Source: Scyliorhinus canicula (lineage: Eukaryota). From it: a stretch of DNA of 64,000 nucleotides. This document shows positions 50,100 through 62,389 of this stretch, one piece after another (positions within the stretch are counted from its first letter, which is position 1; every line of letters begins with the position of its first letter). The notes under the pieces were generated by a model. The model made no database searches. It was not told the origin of the DNA and saw nothing but the letters and a program-made list of their open reading frames with translations. Both the position numbers and the translations under genes were made by a program. The stretch is from assembly GCF_902713615.1 (NCBI RefSeq), contig NW_024055456.1, positions 124,001 through 188,000 of the forward strand, read 5' to 3'.

Positions 50100-53000
50100 G
50101 CGCAGGGAAAGCACAGGGAGCCTGGGAAAAGGCAGAGAGCCGGGGGACAGCACAGGGAGACTGGGAAAAGACAGAGAGCCGGGGGAAAGCATAGGGAGAC
50201 TGGGAAAAGGTAGAGAAGTGGGGAAAAGCACAGGGAGCCTGGGCAAAAGCCGAGAGCTGGGGAATAGTGCAGGGAGCCTGGGAAAAGGTAGAGACGGTAT
50301 GGGGGTGGGGGGGGGGGGGGGGAGCGCAGGGAGCCTGGGAAAGAATAGAGAGATGGGGGAAAGCACAGGAAGCTTGGGAAAATGTAGAGAGCTGGGTGGA
50401 AGCACCGGGAGCCTGGGAAAAGGTAGAGAGCTGGGGGAAATCACCGGGAGCCTGGGAAAAGGTAGAGAGCTGTGGAATAGGACAGAGAGCCTGGGAAAAG
50501 TTCGAGAGCTGGGGAATAGGACAGGGAGCCTGGGAAAAGTTTGAGAGCTGGAAGAAAGCAAAAGATGTCCGGAAAAGGCAGGAAGCGGGGCGGCAGCACA
50601 GGGATCCTGGGAAAAGGAAGGGGGGGGGGAGCGCAGGGAGCCTGGGAAAGAATAGAGAGATGGGGGAAAGCACAGGAAGCTTGGGAAAAGGTAGAGAGCT
50701 GGGGGAAAGCACATGGATCCTGGGAAAAGGTAGTGAGCTGGGGGAAATCACAGGGAGACTGGGAAAAGGTAGAGAGCTGGGGAATAGCACAGGGAGCCTG
50801 GGAAAAGGTAGAGAGTTGGGGAAAAGCGCAGGGAGACTGGGAAAAGGCAGAGAGCCGGGAAAGCATAGGGAGACTAGGAAAAGGCAGAGAGTTGGGGAAA
50901 AGCGCAGGGAGACTGGGAAAAGGTAGAGATGTGGTGAAAAGTGCAGGAAGCCTGGGAAAAGGTGTAGACGGGTGGGGGGGGGGGGGGAAGCGCAGGGAGC
51001 CTGGGAAAGAATAGAGAGCTGGGGAAAAGCACAGGGAGCCTGGGAAAAGGTAGTGAGCTGCGGGAAATCACAGGGAGCCTGGGAAAAGGTAGTGAGCTGG
51101 GGGAAATCACAGGGAGACTGGGAAAAGGTGGAGAGCTGAGGGAAATCACAGGGAGACTGGGAAAAGTTTGAGAGCTGGAAGAATGCAAAAGATGTCAGGA
51201 AAAGGCAGGAAACGGGGCGGCAGCACAGGGAGCCTGGGAAAAGGTAGATGGGGGGCGGGGGGGGGGGGGAGCGCAGGGAGCCTGGGAAAGAATAGAGAGA
51301 TGGGGGAAAGCACAGGAAGCTTGGGAAAAGGTAGAGAGCTGGGGGAAAGCACATGGATCCTGGGAAAAGGTAGTGAGCTGGGGGAAAGCACAGGGAGCCT
51401 GGGAAAAGGTAAAGAGTTGGGGAAAAGCGCAGGGAGACTGGGAAAAGGCAGAGAGCCGAGGGAAAGCATAGGGAGACTGGGAAAAGGCAGAGAGTTGGGG
51501 AAAAGTGCAGGGAGACTGGGAAAAGGTAGAGAAGTGGTGAAAAGTGCAGGAAGCCTGGGAAAAGGTAGAGACGGGGGGGGGGGGGGGGGAGCGCAGGGAG
51601 CCTGGGAAAGAATAGAGAGCTGGGGAAAAGCACAGGGAGCCTGGGAAAAGGTAGTGAGCTGGGGGAAATCACAGGGAGACTGGGAAAAGGTGGAGAGCCG
51701 GGGGGAAATCACAGGGAGACTATGAAAAGTTTGAGAGCTGGAAGAATGCAAAATATGTCCGGAAAAGGCAGGAAGCGGGGCGGCAGCACAGGGAGCCTGG
51801 GAAAAGGTAGAGGGGGGGGGGGGAGCGCAGGGAGCCTGGGAAAGAATAGAGAGAGGGGGGAAAGCACAGGGAGCTTGGGAAAAGGTAGAGAGCTGGGGGA
51901 AAGCACATGGATCCTGGGAAAAGGTAGTGAGCTGGGGGAAATCACAGGGAGACTGGGAATAGGTAGAGAGCTGGGGAAAAGCACAGGGAGCCTGGGAAAA
52001 GGTAGAGAGTTGGGGGAAAGCGCAGGGAGACTGGGAAAAGGCAGAGAGCCGGGGAAAGCATAGGGAGACTGGGAAAAGGCAGAGAGTTGGGGAAAAATGC
52101 AGGGAGACTGGGAAAAGGTAGAGACGGGGGGGGGGGGGGAGCGCAGGGAGCCTGGGAAAGAATAGAGAGCTGGGGAAAAGCACAGGGAGCCTGGGAAAAG
52201 GTAGTGAGCTGGGGGAAATCACAGGGAGCCTGGGAAACGGTAGTGAGCTGGGGGAAATCACAGGGAGTCTGGGAAAAGGTGGAGAGCTGGGGGAAATCAC
52301 AGGGAGACTGGGGAAAGGTAGAGAGCTGGGGGAAAGCACAGGGAGACTGGGAAAAGGTGGAGAGCTGGGGGAAAGCACAGGGAGACTGGGAAAAGGTGGA
52401 GAGCTGGGGGAAAGCACAGGGAGACTGGGAAAAGGTGGAGAGCTGGGGGAAAGCACAGGGAGCCTGGGAAAAGGTGGAGAGCTGGGGGAAAGCACATGGA
52501 GACTGGGAAAAGGTGGAGAGCTGGGGGAAAGCACAGGGAGCCTGGGAAAAGGTGGCGAGCTGGGGGAAAGCACAGGGAGCTTTGGAACGTTAGAGAGCTG
52601 GGAGAAAGTACAGGGAGCCTGGGACAAGGCAGAGAGCTGGGGCAAATCACAGGGAGACTGGGAAAAGTTTGAGAGCTGGAGGAAAGCAAAAGGAGTCCGG
52701 AAAAGGCAGGAAGCGGGGCGAAAGCTCAGACCTGAAGAGAAGTGCCGGGAGTCTGGGAAAATGTAGAGAGCTGGGGGGAAGCACAGGGAGACTGGGAAAA
52801 GGTAGAGAACTGGGGGAAATTGCGGGGAGTATTAGAAACGGTAGAGATCTGGGGGACGCACAGCGAACCTGGGAAAAGGCAGAGAGCTGGGGAAAAGCAC
52901 AGGGAGCCTGGGAAAAGGCAGAGAGCTGGGGAAAAGCACAGGGAGCCTGGGAAAAGGTAGAGAGTTGGGGAAAGCACAGGGAGCCTGGGAAAAGGTAGAG

Positions 53001-53450
53001 AGCTGGGGAAAGCGCAGGGAGCCTGGGAAAAGGTAGAGAGTTGGGGAAAGCACAGGGAGTCTGGGAAAAGGTAGAGAGCTGGGGAAAAGTGTGGGGAGCC
53101 TGCGAAAAGGCAGAGAGCTGGGGGGAAGTACAGGGAGCCTGGGAAAATGTAGAGAGTTGGGGAAAGCACAGGGAGCCTGGGAATAGGTAGAGAGCTGGGG
53201 AAAAGTGTGGGGAGCCTGGGAAAAGGCAGAGAGCTGGGGGGGGGGGGGGGGGCAGTACAAGGAGCCTGGGAAAAGGTAGCGAGCTGGGAAAATCACAGGG
53301 AGCCTCGGAAACGGCAGCGAGCTGGGTAGGGGAGGTGGGGGTCGGGAGGGGGGGGGGGGGTCGGGAACACATGGAGCCTGGGAAATGGTATAAAGCTGGG
53401 TTAAAGTATAGGGAGCCTGGGAAAGACGAGAGCTGAGTAGTGAGCAGGTG
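50100..53450 (+). repeat. G-rich 39-bp tandem array with AGCT motif (switch-region-like), decaying to about 53700
   Basis: Unit GCACAGGGAGCCTGGGAAAAGGTAGAGAGCTGGGGGAAA; the 13-aa periodicity is visible in the ORF track. Confidence 0.95.
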
Positions 53451-54371
53451 AGATGACCAGAGAGCTGAGCGCAGACCGGGGAGAGAAGCTGCAGGAACAA
53501 GGGGAAAAGTGATCATCGCTGGGGCAAAAGCCAATAATCAGGGGGCAAAGTGCCATGTTCTGGGGAAAAGCACAAAGAGCAAGTGGAAAGTTCCAGAAGC
53601 TGAGGCAAAGAGCAAACAACCTGGAAAGGTGCAGCTGGGCAAATTATAGAAGTGGAGGAAAGATCAGAGAGCTGGGAAAAGGACAGGAAGCTGATTATCG
53701 CGGATACATGGAATGCGGAGTTCATCCCACAATCTGCTCCACCATAATCATATTGAATGGTGCAGGAGACCTGAGGGACCGAATGGCCGCATCCCGCTTT
53801 TAATGTCCAGGGTCCTGTAATTGGAGAATTTTGGAGTTACTTGCACATGTGCTCAAATGTAGAATGTTATCGTCATTATGTAAGTACCTGGAAGATTTTT
53901 CTGAAGCAAAGTCACGACTCCTTGTTTTGGGGAGTGGGGGTAGTGAGGTGGAGAGAGGAGGGACATCAGTCAGTTTGAACACAGGCAATTTCCAAAATAG
54001 CAATGACAGAAATGGAGAGACAACTTCTTTATCACAAAGTGCAGTTGATGGAAAAAACATTGGTGGCATAAATAATTGGGAAAACCCTCCGCTCTGCCCA
54101 TTGAAAGTAATGAATGGTACGTTTTCAGATGACATCAAAATGCTACATTTCTGCAAGGTGTTAGAAATGGAGAAAGAGGTGTGAGTTTCTACAGAAGGAA
54201 TAAACAAATGGTGATTCTCAAATGTTAGAAGTAACAGAAGCTCAAGTATTGATGCAGTTTTAATGCGAACATGTGAGGATAAATTTGTAACTGTATCCAA
54301 ATTCTAAGTTGTATGATATCTTAATGACAAGTCTCAGAGTCTAACTTGTTCAATTGGCCAATCTCTCCCAG

Positions 54372-54671
54372 CGACACCGTCTCCGCCCACTCTCTACAGC
54401 CTGATCTCCTCCTGTCAGCAACACAACACTGACGGCTCTGTGACCTTCGGCTGTTTGGCGATGGACTACTCCCCAGAAATCACCAGTCTTACCTGGAAGA
54501 AAGATGGGCAGCAGATCACCACTGGAGTTAAGAAATACCCGTCAGTGAGAAACAAGAAGGGAACCTACACTCTGAGCAGCCAGTTAATCATCACCGAGTC
54601 AGAGGGGGGATGCAGCAAAATCAGCTGTGAGGTTCGGCACAGCGGCTCAGACAAGAGCATTGGAATGACAT
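54372..54671 (+). CDS. IGHM: IgM Cmu1 exon
   Basis: [16 protein letters not shown]...[10 protein letters not shown]...TWKKDG...YTLSSQL...ISCEVRH; 300 nt, AG/GT boundaries, phase 1. Confidence 0.95.
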
Positions 54672-54871
54672 GTAAGTGCTGTGGAAACTGTGAGAAACAG
54701 ACGCTTTGATTACTTTATTTAAATCTTTGGTCATAACACATTGATGGTTCTCTGCACAGTTCTGATTCCTGAGAGAAATAGTGACCACAGAGAAACTGTT
54801 CAAAATATAATTAGTCATTTTATTCCTTACAACATCTTCTTCAAGAAATGTCTAACTTGTGTTTCTTGAAG

Positions 54872-55183
54872 GTCCTCCACCTGACATCCATCCAAATGTT
54901 CTCCTCACCGTCAGTTCTAATGAAGAAATCACAAGACAGAAATTTGCAACCATGGTCTGTTCAATCAACGATTTCAGTCCAAAGTCAATGACGGTGAAGT
55001 GGCTGAAGAATGGACAACCCATGGGTTCAGGAATTGTCACCTCTCCCGCCTGTGAAGTGAACGGGAACTTCTCGGCGAGCAGTCGGCTGACAGTCTCCGC
55101 TGGGGAATGGTTCAGCAAAGCGGTCTATACCTGCCAGGTCACTCATCAAGAGGTCATCCAAAGTCTCAACATCACCGCATCTG
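54872..55183 (+). CDS. IGHM: IgM Cmu2 exon
   Basis: [13 protein letters not shown]...[11 protein letters not shown]...KWLKNG...YTCQVTH; 312 nt. Confidence 0.95.
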
Positions 55184-55822
55184 GTAAGAGACACAAACAG
55201 AGGAAACAATAAATCATCCTGCATTCTGATGTTAATCCAAATCAGGAATGTACTGAAGTTAGTGCAAAGCGCAGAATAACTTTTAATTTACTGCCATGTA
55301 GTTTGTGTTTCATTCTGATGTAAGAGCTGCATTAGGATTGATCACCATTCAGGATTTGATCAGTATAGAAATAAATGTTTCCCTCTAACCTGAAGTAATA
55401 TAGGGAGTGAGGTGGATTTGATATCAGCTTTATCCTGAGACAGCTGATTAATTTGCAGAGGCAATGGCTGTCTGGAACCCTTTACTGAAACCAGCTCGGG
55501 ACGAAGATTTTGGAAAGTTCATTCAAGATATTTATCAAGCAGCCTTCCATATTAGGGTTCTGAGATCAGGACTGGAATATTTGTATTGGGAATGCTGTAA
55601 TACTGATTCATTAGAATGGTTTCGAGGCTGACTGTATTTCACAATGAGAATAGTTTTCACAAACCAAACTGGTTTTCCATTGTGTATAGAAGATTTAAAG
55701 GCGATCATTAGAGGTTGTTATTTCGAAGTTGATTTATTCCCATTGAGTGAGTGAACGCTGAATCCTGCTGTCCTGATTCTGAAGATGAAACTTGGGTTGA
55801 TTTCCACTTTTTTCATTCACAG

Positions 55823-56131
55823 ATCCTTCCGTTTGCACTGATGCCTCAGTAACAATACTGCCACCGCCAATAGAACAGGTCTTACTGGAGGCGACTGTAA
55901 CCTTAACCTGTGTCATTTCGAATGCTCCTTATGGAGTCAACGTGTCCTGGAGTGAAGCGAAGAAGCCGCTGAAATCAGAGATTGCCGACCAGCCTGGGGC
56001 AGATACGGAGAGCGTGGTCAGCAAATTAAACATCTCGACACAAGCCTGGCTGAGTGGGGCTGTGTTTGACTGTGTGGCGAGTCATCAGGACCTGCCAACT
56101 CCTTTAAGAATTTCAACTCACAAAAAAATAG
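55823..56131 (+). CDS. IGHM: IgM Cmu3 exon
   Basis: [33 protein letters not shown]...VSWS...[14 protein letters not shown]; 309 nt. Confidence 0.95.
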
Positions 56132-56905
56132 GTGAGCGGTGAGACTGAAGCAATAAGTGAGTCATTGTGTCTATTTCTAGTGTCAGTGCAGCGGTCAGTA
56201 TTTAGCATTCAGTGTATTTATGGTCCATCCTGATTGGCAATTCCACTAACTGAATACTCTGGGCATTTAGAGTTTAAGGGGGAAATTGATATGCAGATGA
56301 ATGAACAATGAATTAAACCCAGTGATATTGGGTATAGATGAAGCGAGACCATAGACCACAAGACAGCAGCAGATGTAGGCCATTGGGCCCATTAACACCG
56401 GTCCAGCCTTCAGTGAGGTCATGACTGATCTGATGTGATAATCTTCAACTCCTCTTTCCCGCCTTATCACCATATCTCTTGATGCTTTTACTGATTTAAA
56501 ATATGTGTCCCTCAACCTTGAACGTACTGACCGACCCAGAATCTGAGGTCGTCATCATTCTTCTAAACTCCAATAAGTACAGCCCAGCCTACTTAACCTC
56601 TCCCCGTAAGAAAATCCCTCCATACTCGGGATCAACCTCGTGATCCTTCTCTGGACTGCCTTCAAAACCAATCTGTCTTCCTTAGATACGGGCACCAAAA
56701 CTATTCAAAGTATATCAGGTGTTGTCTAACTAATTCCCCAGTTTTAGCTAGGCTTCCCCATTGTTATATTCTACTCCCTTTAAAATAAAGATCAGCATTC
56801 AATTTGCCTCCATATTACCTGCAGAACTTACTTTTTGTGGTTTCTGCACGAGGGCCCCCAATTCCCCCGTTACTTCAGCTTTCTTCAGTCTTTCTCTATA
56901 TAAAT

Positions 56906-57225
56906 GGGGCCTTACGGTAGCATGGTGGTTAGCATCAATGCTTCACAGCTCCAGGGTCCCAGGTCACTGTCTGTGTGGAGTCTGCATGTCCTCCCTGTGT
57001 GTGCGTGGGTTTCCTCCGGGTGCTCCGGTTTCCTCCCACAGTCCAAAGATGTGCGGGTTAGGTGGATTGGCCATGCTAAATTGCCCGTAGTGTAAAGTTA
57101 ATGGGGGGATTGTTGGGTTACGGGTATACGGGTTACGTGGGTTTAGGTAGGGTGATCATTGCTCGGCACAACATCGAGGGCTGAAGGGCCTGTTCTGTGC
57201 TGTACTGTTCTAAGTCTAAATCTAA
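56906..57225 (+). mobile_element. HE1-like SINE nested in an antisense CR1 remnant (about 56320-57620) in the Cmu3-Cmu4 intron
   Basis: Family match. Confidence 0.85.
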
Positions 57226-58014
57226 ATAATAACTCTTTATGTTCTTCCTTCTACCAAAGTGTCGAACCTCACATTCTCTGTCCCTCTGTGGATTTCCTGT
57301 AATCCTCACCACTTGCCTTTTTACCTATTTTTTGTCATCTGCAAACATGGGAATAGTACATTCATTTATCAATCACCGTTTGAAATTCATGTATTGCCCC
57401 ACCCCCTCCCCCTCCCTCTCTCGCCTTCTCGTCATCACCTCAAATAAGGGCACTAAATTTGTCAGGCCCTTCCCGAAGCCGTGCTGACTCTGTTTGATTA
57501 TATTGAGTATTTCTAAATGCTCAGCTATTGGATCTGTTATAATGGACTCGAACCGTTTTCCACTGACAGATGTTAAGGTCCCTGGCCTATAGTTACCTGT
57601 GTTTGACTCCCTCCCCTTTTGAAGGGTAGAGGGTGGATACGTGGGTTTGAGTCAGGTGATTATGGCTCGGCACAACATCGAGGGCCGAAGGGCCTGTTCT
57701 GTGCTGTACTGTTCTATGTTCTAAGGTGGGAGGAGCCTGGTGTGGAGTTTATACACCAGCACAGAACAGTTGGGCCGAATGGCCTGTTTCCCTGCTGTAC
57801 ATTTTCTGAAACTTTCGAATCCAATATCCGTAAATTCTCAGGGAAAAGGATTGTGTCCACCTCTGCTCCGAGCTGGGAACCCGGACAGATCCCAAAGTGG
57901 AAAATGGAAACCTTTAAAATCCAACACAAAACACATTTCTCCCACATCTAACCCGCGGTTCTATTGTCTCCGGAATTCCCCATTTTATTGACATTTATTG
58001 TACATTTTCTGCAG

Positions 58015-58406
58015 ATCCCAATCCGCGGGAACCGTCCGTCTCTGTCCTCCTGCCCTCGGCTGAAGACGTCTCTGCTCAGAGATTCGTCTCCCTCAGCTGC
58101 TTAGTGAGAGGTTTCTCCCCCCGAGAGATCTTCGTCAAGTGGACCGTCAATGACAAGCCGGTGAATCCCGGGAACTACAAGAACACCGAGGTGATGGCGG
58201 AGAACGGCAATAGCTCCTTCTTCATGTACAGCCTGTTATCCATTGCAGCGGAGGAGTGGGCCAGCGGCGCTTCTTACTCCTGTGTGGTGGGACATGAAGC
58301 CATCCCCTTGAAGATCATCAACAGAACGGTTGATAAATCCAGCGGTAAACCCAGTTTTGTGAACATTTCCCTCGCTCTGATGGACACCGTTAATTCATGT
58401 CAATGA
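58015..58406 (+). CDS. IGHM: IgM Cmu4 exon plus secretory tailpiece (internal donor to TM1 after 58344)
   Basis: [36 protein letters not shown]...[13 protein letters not shown]...SSG|[19 protein letters not shown]; G/GTAAAC donor; NIS glycosylation site and penultimate Cys. Confidence 0.97.
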
Positions 58407-58433
58407 GAATCTATTGGTTATATTTCGAACTAA

Positions 58434-58448
58434 AATAAAAATAATAAA
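58434..58448 (+). terminator. Secretory-form polyadenylation signals
   Basis: AATAAA at 58434 and 58443, about 30-40 nt after the stop codon. Confidence 0.8.
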
Positions 58449-58523
58449 AACGTTTCCTCTAATTGTGATTTAAACATACAGCCACTTGATTAATGGTGTT
58501 TCCACTTTACTGATGTTAGATCT

Positions 58524-58690
58524 GAAAATGAAATGAAAATCACTTATTGTCACAAGTAGGCTTCAGTCAAGTTATTGTGAAAAGCCCCTCAGCGCCACAT
58601 TCCGGCACCTGTTCGGGGAGGCTGGTACGGGAATTGAACCGTGCTGCTGGCCTGTCTTGGTCTGCTTTAAAATCCAGCGATTTTAAACCA
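58524..58690 (-). mobile_element. Short tRNA-derived SINE with (TTTCA)n tail
   Basis: Family match. Confidence 0.8.
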
Positions 58691-59039
58691 GTCTCTGGTC
58701 AATGAGACCCGGATTTCTACAGGTCTCAGCCCCAAGTCTGATACAACCAGAGCTCTCAGCTCAGAAACACCCTGGGTTAGAGACAGAGTAAAACTAATTC
58801 ATTCCAGGATTCAGCAAAATATCTTCATTGACTTTCCTCCAGATGAGGAGAAATCGGACAATTTCCCATTTCAGACAAACAAACCCATCACATTTAGATC
58901 TCGGTGTTCCTGCTTCTCTCATTGTCCATCCCTTTAAAATTAATGTCAGCTTTAAGTTGCTGCATGAGACCCACTGGGAACTGATTTGAGGGTCACACAG
59001 AAACATGGACCAACAATCTCCAGTCAAAGAGAGGGGAAA

Positions 59040-59950
59040 GTGAAATTGTTAATCCACTGTACCCCCACCTCCCCAACAGAGAGAGCGGGAGGGGTATTAG
59101 TTATTCCACTGTCTCCCCACCCACCCACCCACCTCCCACACAGAGAGAGGGGGAAGGGCATTAGTTAATCCACTGTACCCCCACTTCCCCAGTAGAGGGA
59201 GGGGAGGGGTATTAGTTAATCCACTGTACCCCCACTTCCCCAATAGAGAGAGGGTCTTTAGTTAATTCACTGTACCCCCACTTCCCCAACATAGAGAGTG
59301 GGAGGAGCTTTAGTTAATCCACTGTACCCCCAATTCGCCAACAAAGAGAGGAGAGGGGGGCATTAGTTAATCCACTGTACCCCACCTCACCAACAGAGAG
59401 AGTGGGAGGGGCTTTAGTTGATACACTGTACCCCCACTTCACCAACAAAGAGAGGGGCATTAGTTAATCCATTGTCTCCCCACGTCCCCAACAAAGAGAG
59501 GGGTTGGGGCATTACTTAAAACACTGTACCCCCACTTCCCCAGCAAAGCGAGGGGAGGAGCATTAGTTAACACACTGTGCCCCCACTTCCCCAGCAAAGC
59601 GAGGGGAGGAGCATTAGTTAACACATTGTGCCCCCACTTCCCCAACAAAGAGACGGTGGTGGGCTGAGTTAATCCACTGTACATCCGCTTCCAACAATGG
59701 GGGGGGGGGGGGTGTACATTAGTTAATCCACTGTACATCCGCTTCCAACAATGAGGGGGGGGGGGTGTACATTAGTTAATCCACTGTACATCCGCTTCCA
59801 ACAATGAGGGGGGTGTACATTAGTTAATCCACTGGACACCCGCTTCCAACAATGAATGGAAGGACATTATTTAATCCACTGCCTCCCCACTTCCCCAACA
59901 AAGAGAGCAAAGGGGCAATACTAACCCGTTTTACCTCCACTTTCCCAACC
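59040..59950. repeat. Minisatellite of about 50 bp (about 18 units) in the Cmu4-TM1 intron
   Basis: Unit ATTAGTTAATCCACTGTACCCCCACTTCCCCAACAAAGAGAGGGGAGGGGC. Confidence 0.9.
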
Positions 59951-60409
59951 ATAAGAGGAGGAAGGTGATGAGTGAACTCTCTGTATCTCCACCTCCAGCA
60001 GGGACAACCCAAAGGCAATTTGCTGAGCTGACCAGAGAGAGGGAGATTATTAACTCAATATCTTCCCAGTCCCCAAGCAGGGAGTTTGAAAGTAAACGGT
60101 TGTCTGGACTAAGAACTCAGTTACTGACATTACAAGACGCCATGTAGTTTACAGGCTGATACATGATAAAGATGTTCTTAAAATATCTATTTATGCAACA
60201 TAATTTTTTTAGCACCCTTGTTCCTCTTATCCGTATGCTGAAACCGATTCCCCATAATCCAAATCCAGACTGGTGATTGAATTCTCCCTGGGTTTTCACT
60301 GTTCTCTCCCGAGGAGCCTCCTTGTTTTTTTGCATTAGGTCACCTGATGTCAACTTGCAACTCACGGAAAACACATTTATATGCAGAAAGTTCAACATAT
60401 TCTACATCG

Positions 60410-61760
60410 GTATCAATAATACCCACAACTGGCAAAGCTACAGGCAGCTGATACAAATACACAGACAGATAAACAGACACAGACACTACACTCACATGCA
60501 CACAGACCCACAAACACACACACGCTCACAAGTAGACACAAACACACACATGGACACACACATAGAAACACATGCACAAACATACACCCAGGCACAACGG
60601 ACCACACATATTTTGACACAAAAACACACGCAAATGTGCACAAAAATTCACAAGCATGCACATAAACACAAAAAGCACATGTTTAGAAACACACAGACTC
60701 ACGTGCACATCCACACATACAAACACAATTCCACACACACAAGTGGGTACACGCATGTACACAGACATATACAACCACATGTCCACACAGATACACAGAC
60801 ATATACAACCAGACAAGCAGGCTGACAGAAGAATATGAAACAGAAATGTAACCAATAACATATAAATTAGCAGAATTTCACGATGACAGAAATATTTCCA
60901 TTCAAACAGAGACAATAATCCACACTAACGGACACACGTAGATACATATTAGCTGACTCGTACACACGCTAACACCAACACATATGAATACACATAGAGT
61001 CATCAACACACATCAATAGATAGTTATAATCAAACATCAACGCATAAATAGCACCACTGCCTCACAGCGCCATAATCCCGGGTTCAATTCCAGCCTTGGG
61101 TGATTGTCTATGTGGAGTTCCCACGTTCTCCAGTGTCTGTTCCCGTTTCCTCCGTGTGCTCCAGTTTCCTCCCACAGTCCAAAGATGCGCAGGTTAGGTG
61201 GATTGGCCAGGCTATATTACCCCTTAGTGCCCACAACGTTAGTTGGGATTACGGGGTTCTCGGCAAAGGGCAGGGGCATGCGTCCAGGCAGAGTGCTCTT
61301 TCGGAGGGTCGGTGCAGACACAATGGGCCGAATGGCCTCGTTCGGCACAGTAGGGATTATATTTAATGATGATTCTATGAAGAAATACACGCATCAACAA
61401 ACACACACACACACAAACGCACTTATCCAGACACAAACATTAAGACAATGACATGCATGTTGAACGTACAAAGACACATTAACACTTTCATTACTGGACA
61501 GGGAAGTATAAACTCATATTGACACAGGCATTAATATATAAACATAGACTTCAACACACAAACACACACAATAAAACACTCATATATACACATTAACAGA
61601 AGATAAACAAATTTCACACAGGCGCTGACACACAAATACACAGATCAATACTCCTTCACACATGAACACACAATGACACTTATAAAGACATCGGGACACA
61701 CAAATGAAGAGTAAAGAAATACGAATTTCGCATCTACACAGACACAAAAGCTAAAGAACA
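60410..61760. repeat. Degenerate (CA)-rich tract with an inserted HE1-like SINE (about 61035-61375)
   Basis: Direct reading. Confidence 0.75.
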
Positions 61761-61778
61761 AACACAAACGTCAGGCAA

Positions 61779-61966
61779 GGGCGGCACGGTGGCATAGTGG
61801 TTAGCACTGCTGCCTCACGCCACCATGGACCTGGGGTTGATCCCGCTCCTGTGTCTGTGTCCCTGTGGACCTTCCCCGTGACCCGTGGGTCTCACCCCGA
61901 CAACCCAAAGATGTGCAGGGTAGGTGGATTGGCCATGTTAAATTGCCCCTTAATTGGAAGAAAAAA
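61779..61966 (+). mobile_element. A-rich-tail tRNA-derived SINE
   Basis: GGGCGGCACGGTGGCATAGTGGTTAGCACTGCTGCC head; same type as 13662. Confidence 0.8.
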
Positions 61967-62122
61967 GTTACAGAGATCGATTTCCGAGTGTCATGAACTC
62001 AACAGTAGATATGCAATGACAAATACGTTAAATTAGCAGCGGGAGAAAATGAAACGAGAATATTAAAAAACATATCCTGTTATTAATAAACAAACTAATT
62101 ATATTTGGCTCGATCCTCGTAG

Positions 62123-62250
62123 ATACCACAGACAACACCTGGACTGAAGAAAATGAGGATGATAACGGGAACATCTGGACAACCGCTTCCACATTCATCA
62201 CCCTGTTCTTCCTGAGCATTTCCTACAGCGCTGCAGTCACTCTGGTGAAG
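62123..62250 (+). CDS. IGHM: IgM TM1 exon
   Basis: DTTDNTWTEENEDDNGNIWTTASTFITLFFLSISYSAAVTLVK; CART motif; CGTAG acceptor and AAG/GTGAGA donor. Confidence 0.95.
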
Positions 62251-62389
62251 GTGAGAAGATTCAATCCACTCACACTTCAAACTGACAGAGGCCGTTTAAA
62301 ATATCTCTAAATGTTTGATTGATTAAAAACTCTAACATCAATGTCCCAGATCATAAACATCTGCTTCATCATTTCTCTCTCTTTTACAG

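Noticed and set aside
50085-53534. Long ORFs (up to 525 aa) on both strands
   Set aside because: They are produced by the stop-free 39-bp tandem unit; low-complexity translations with no splice or domain evidence.
59040-59950. Repeated CACTGTA/CACTGTG as an array of cryptic RSSs
   Set aside because: No nonamer-like sequence at 12 or 23 bp.
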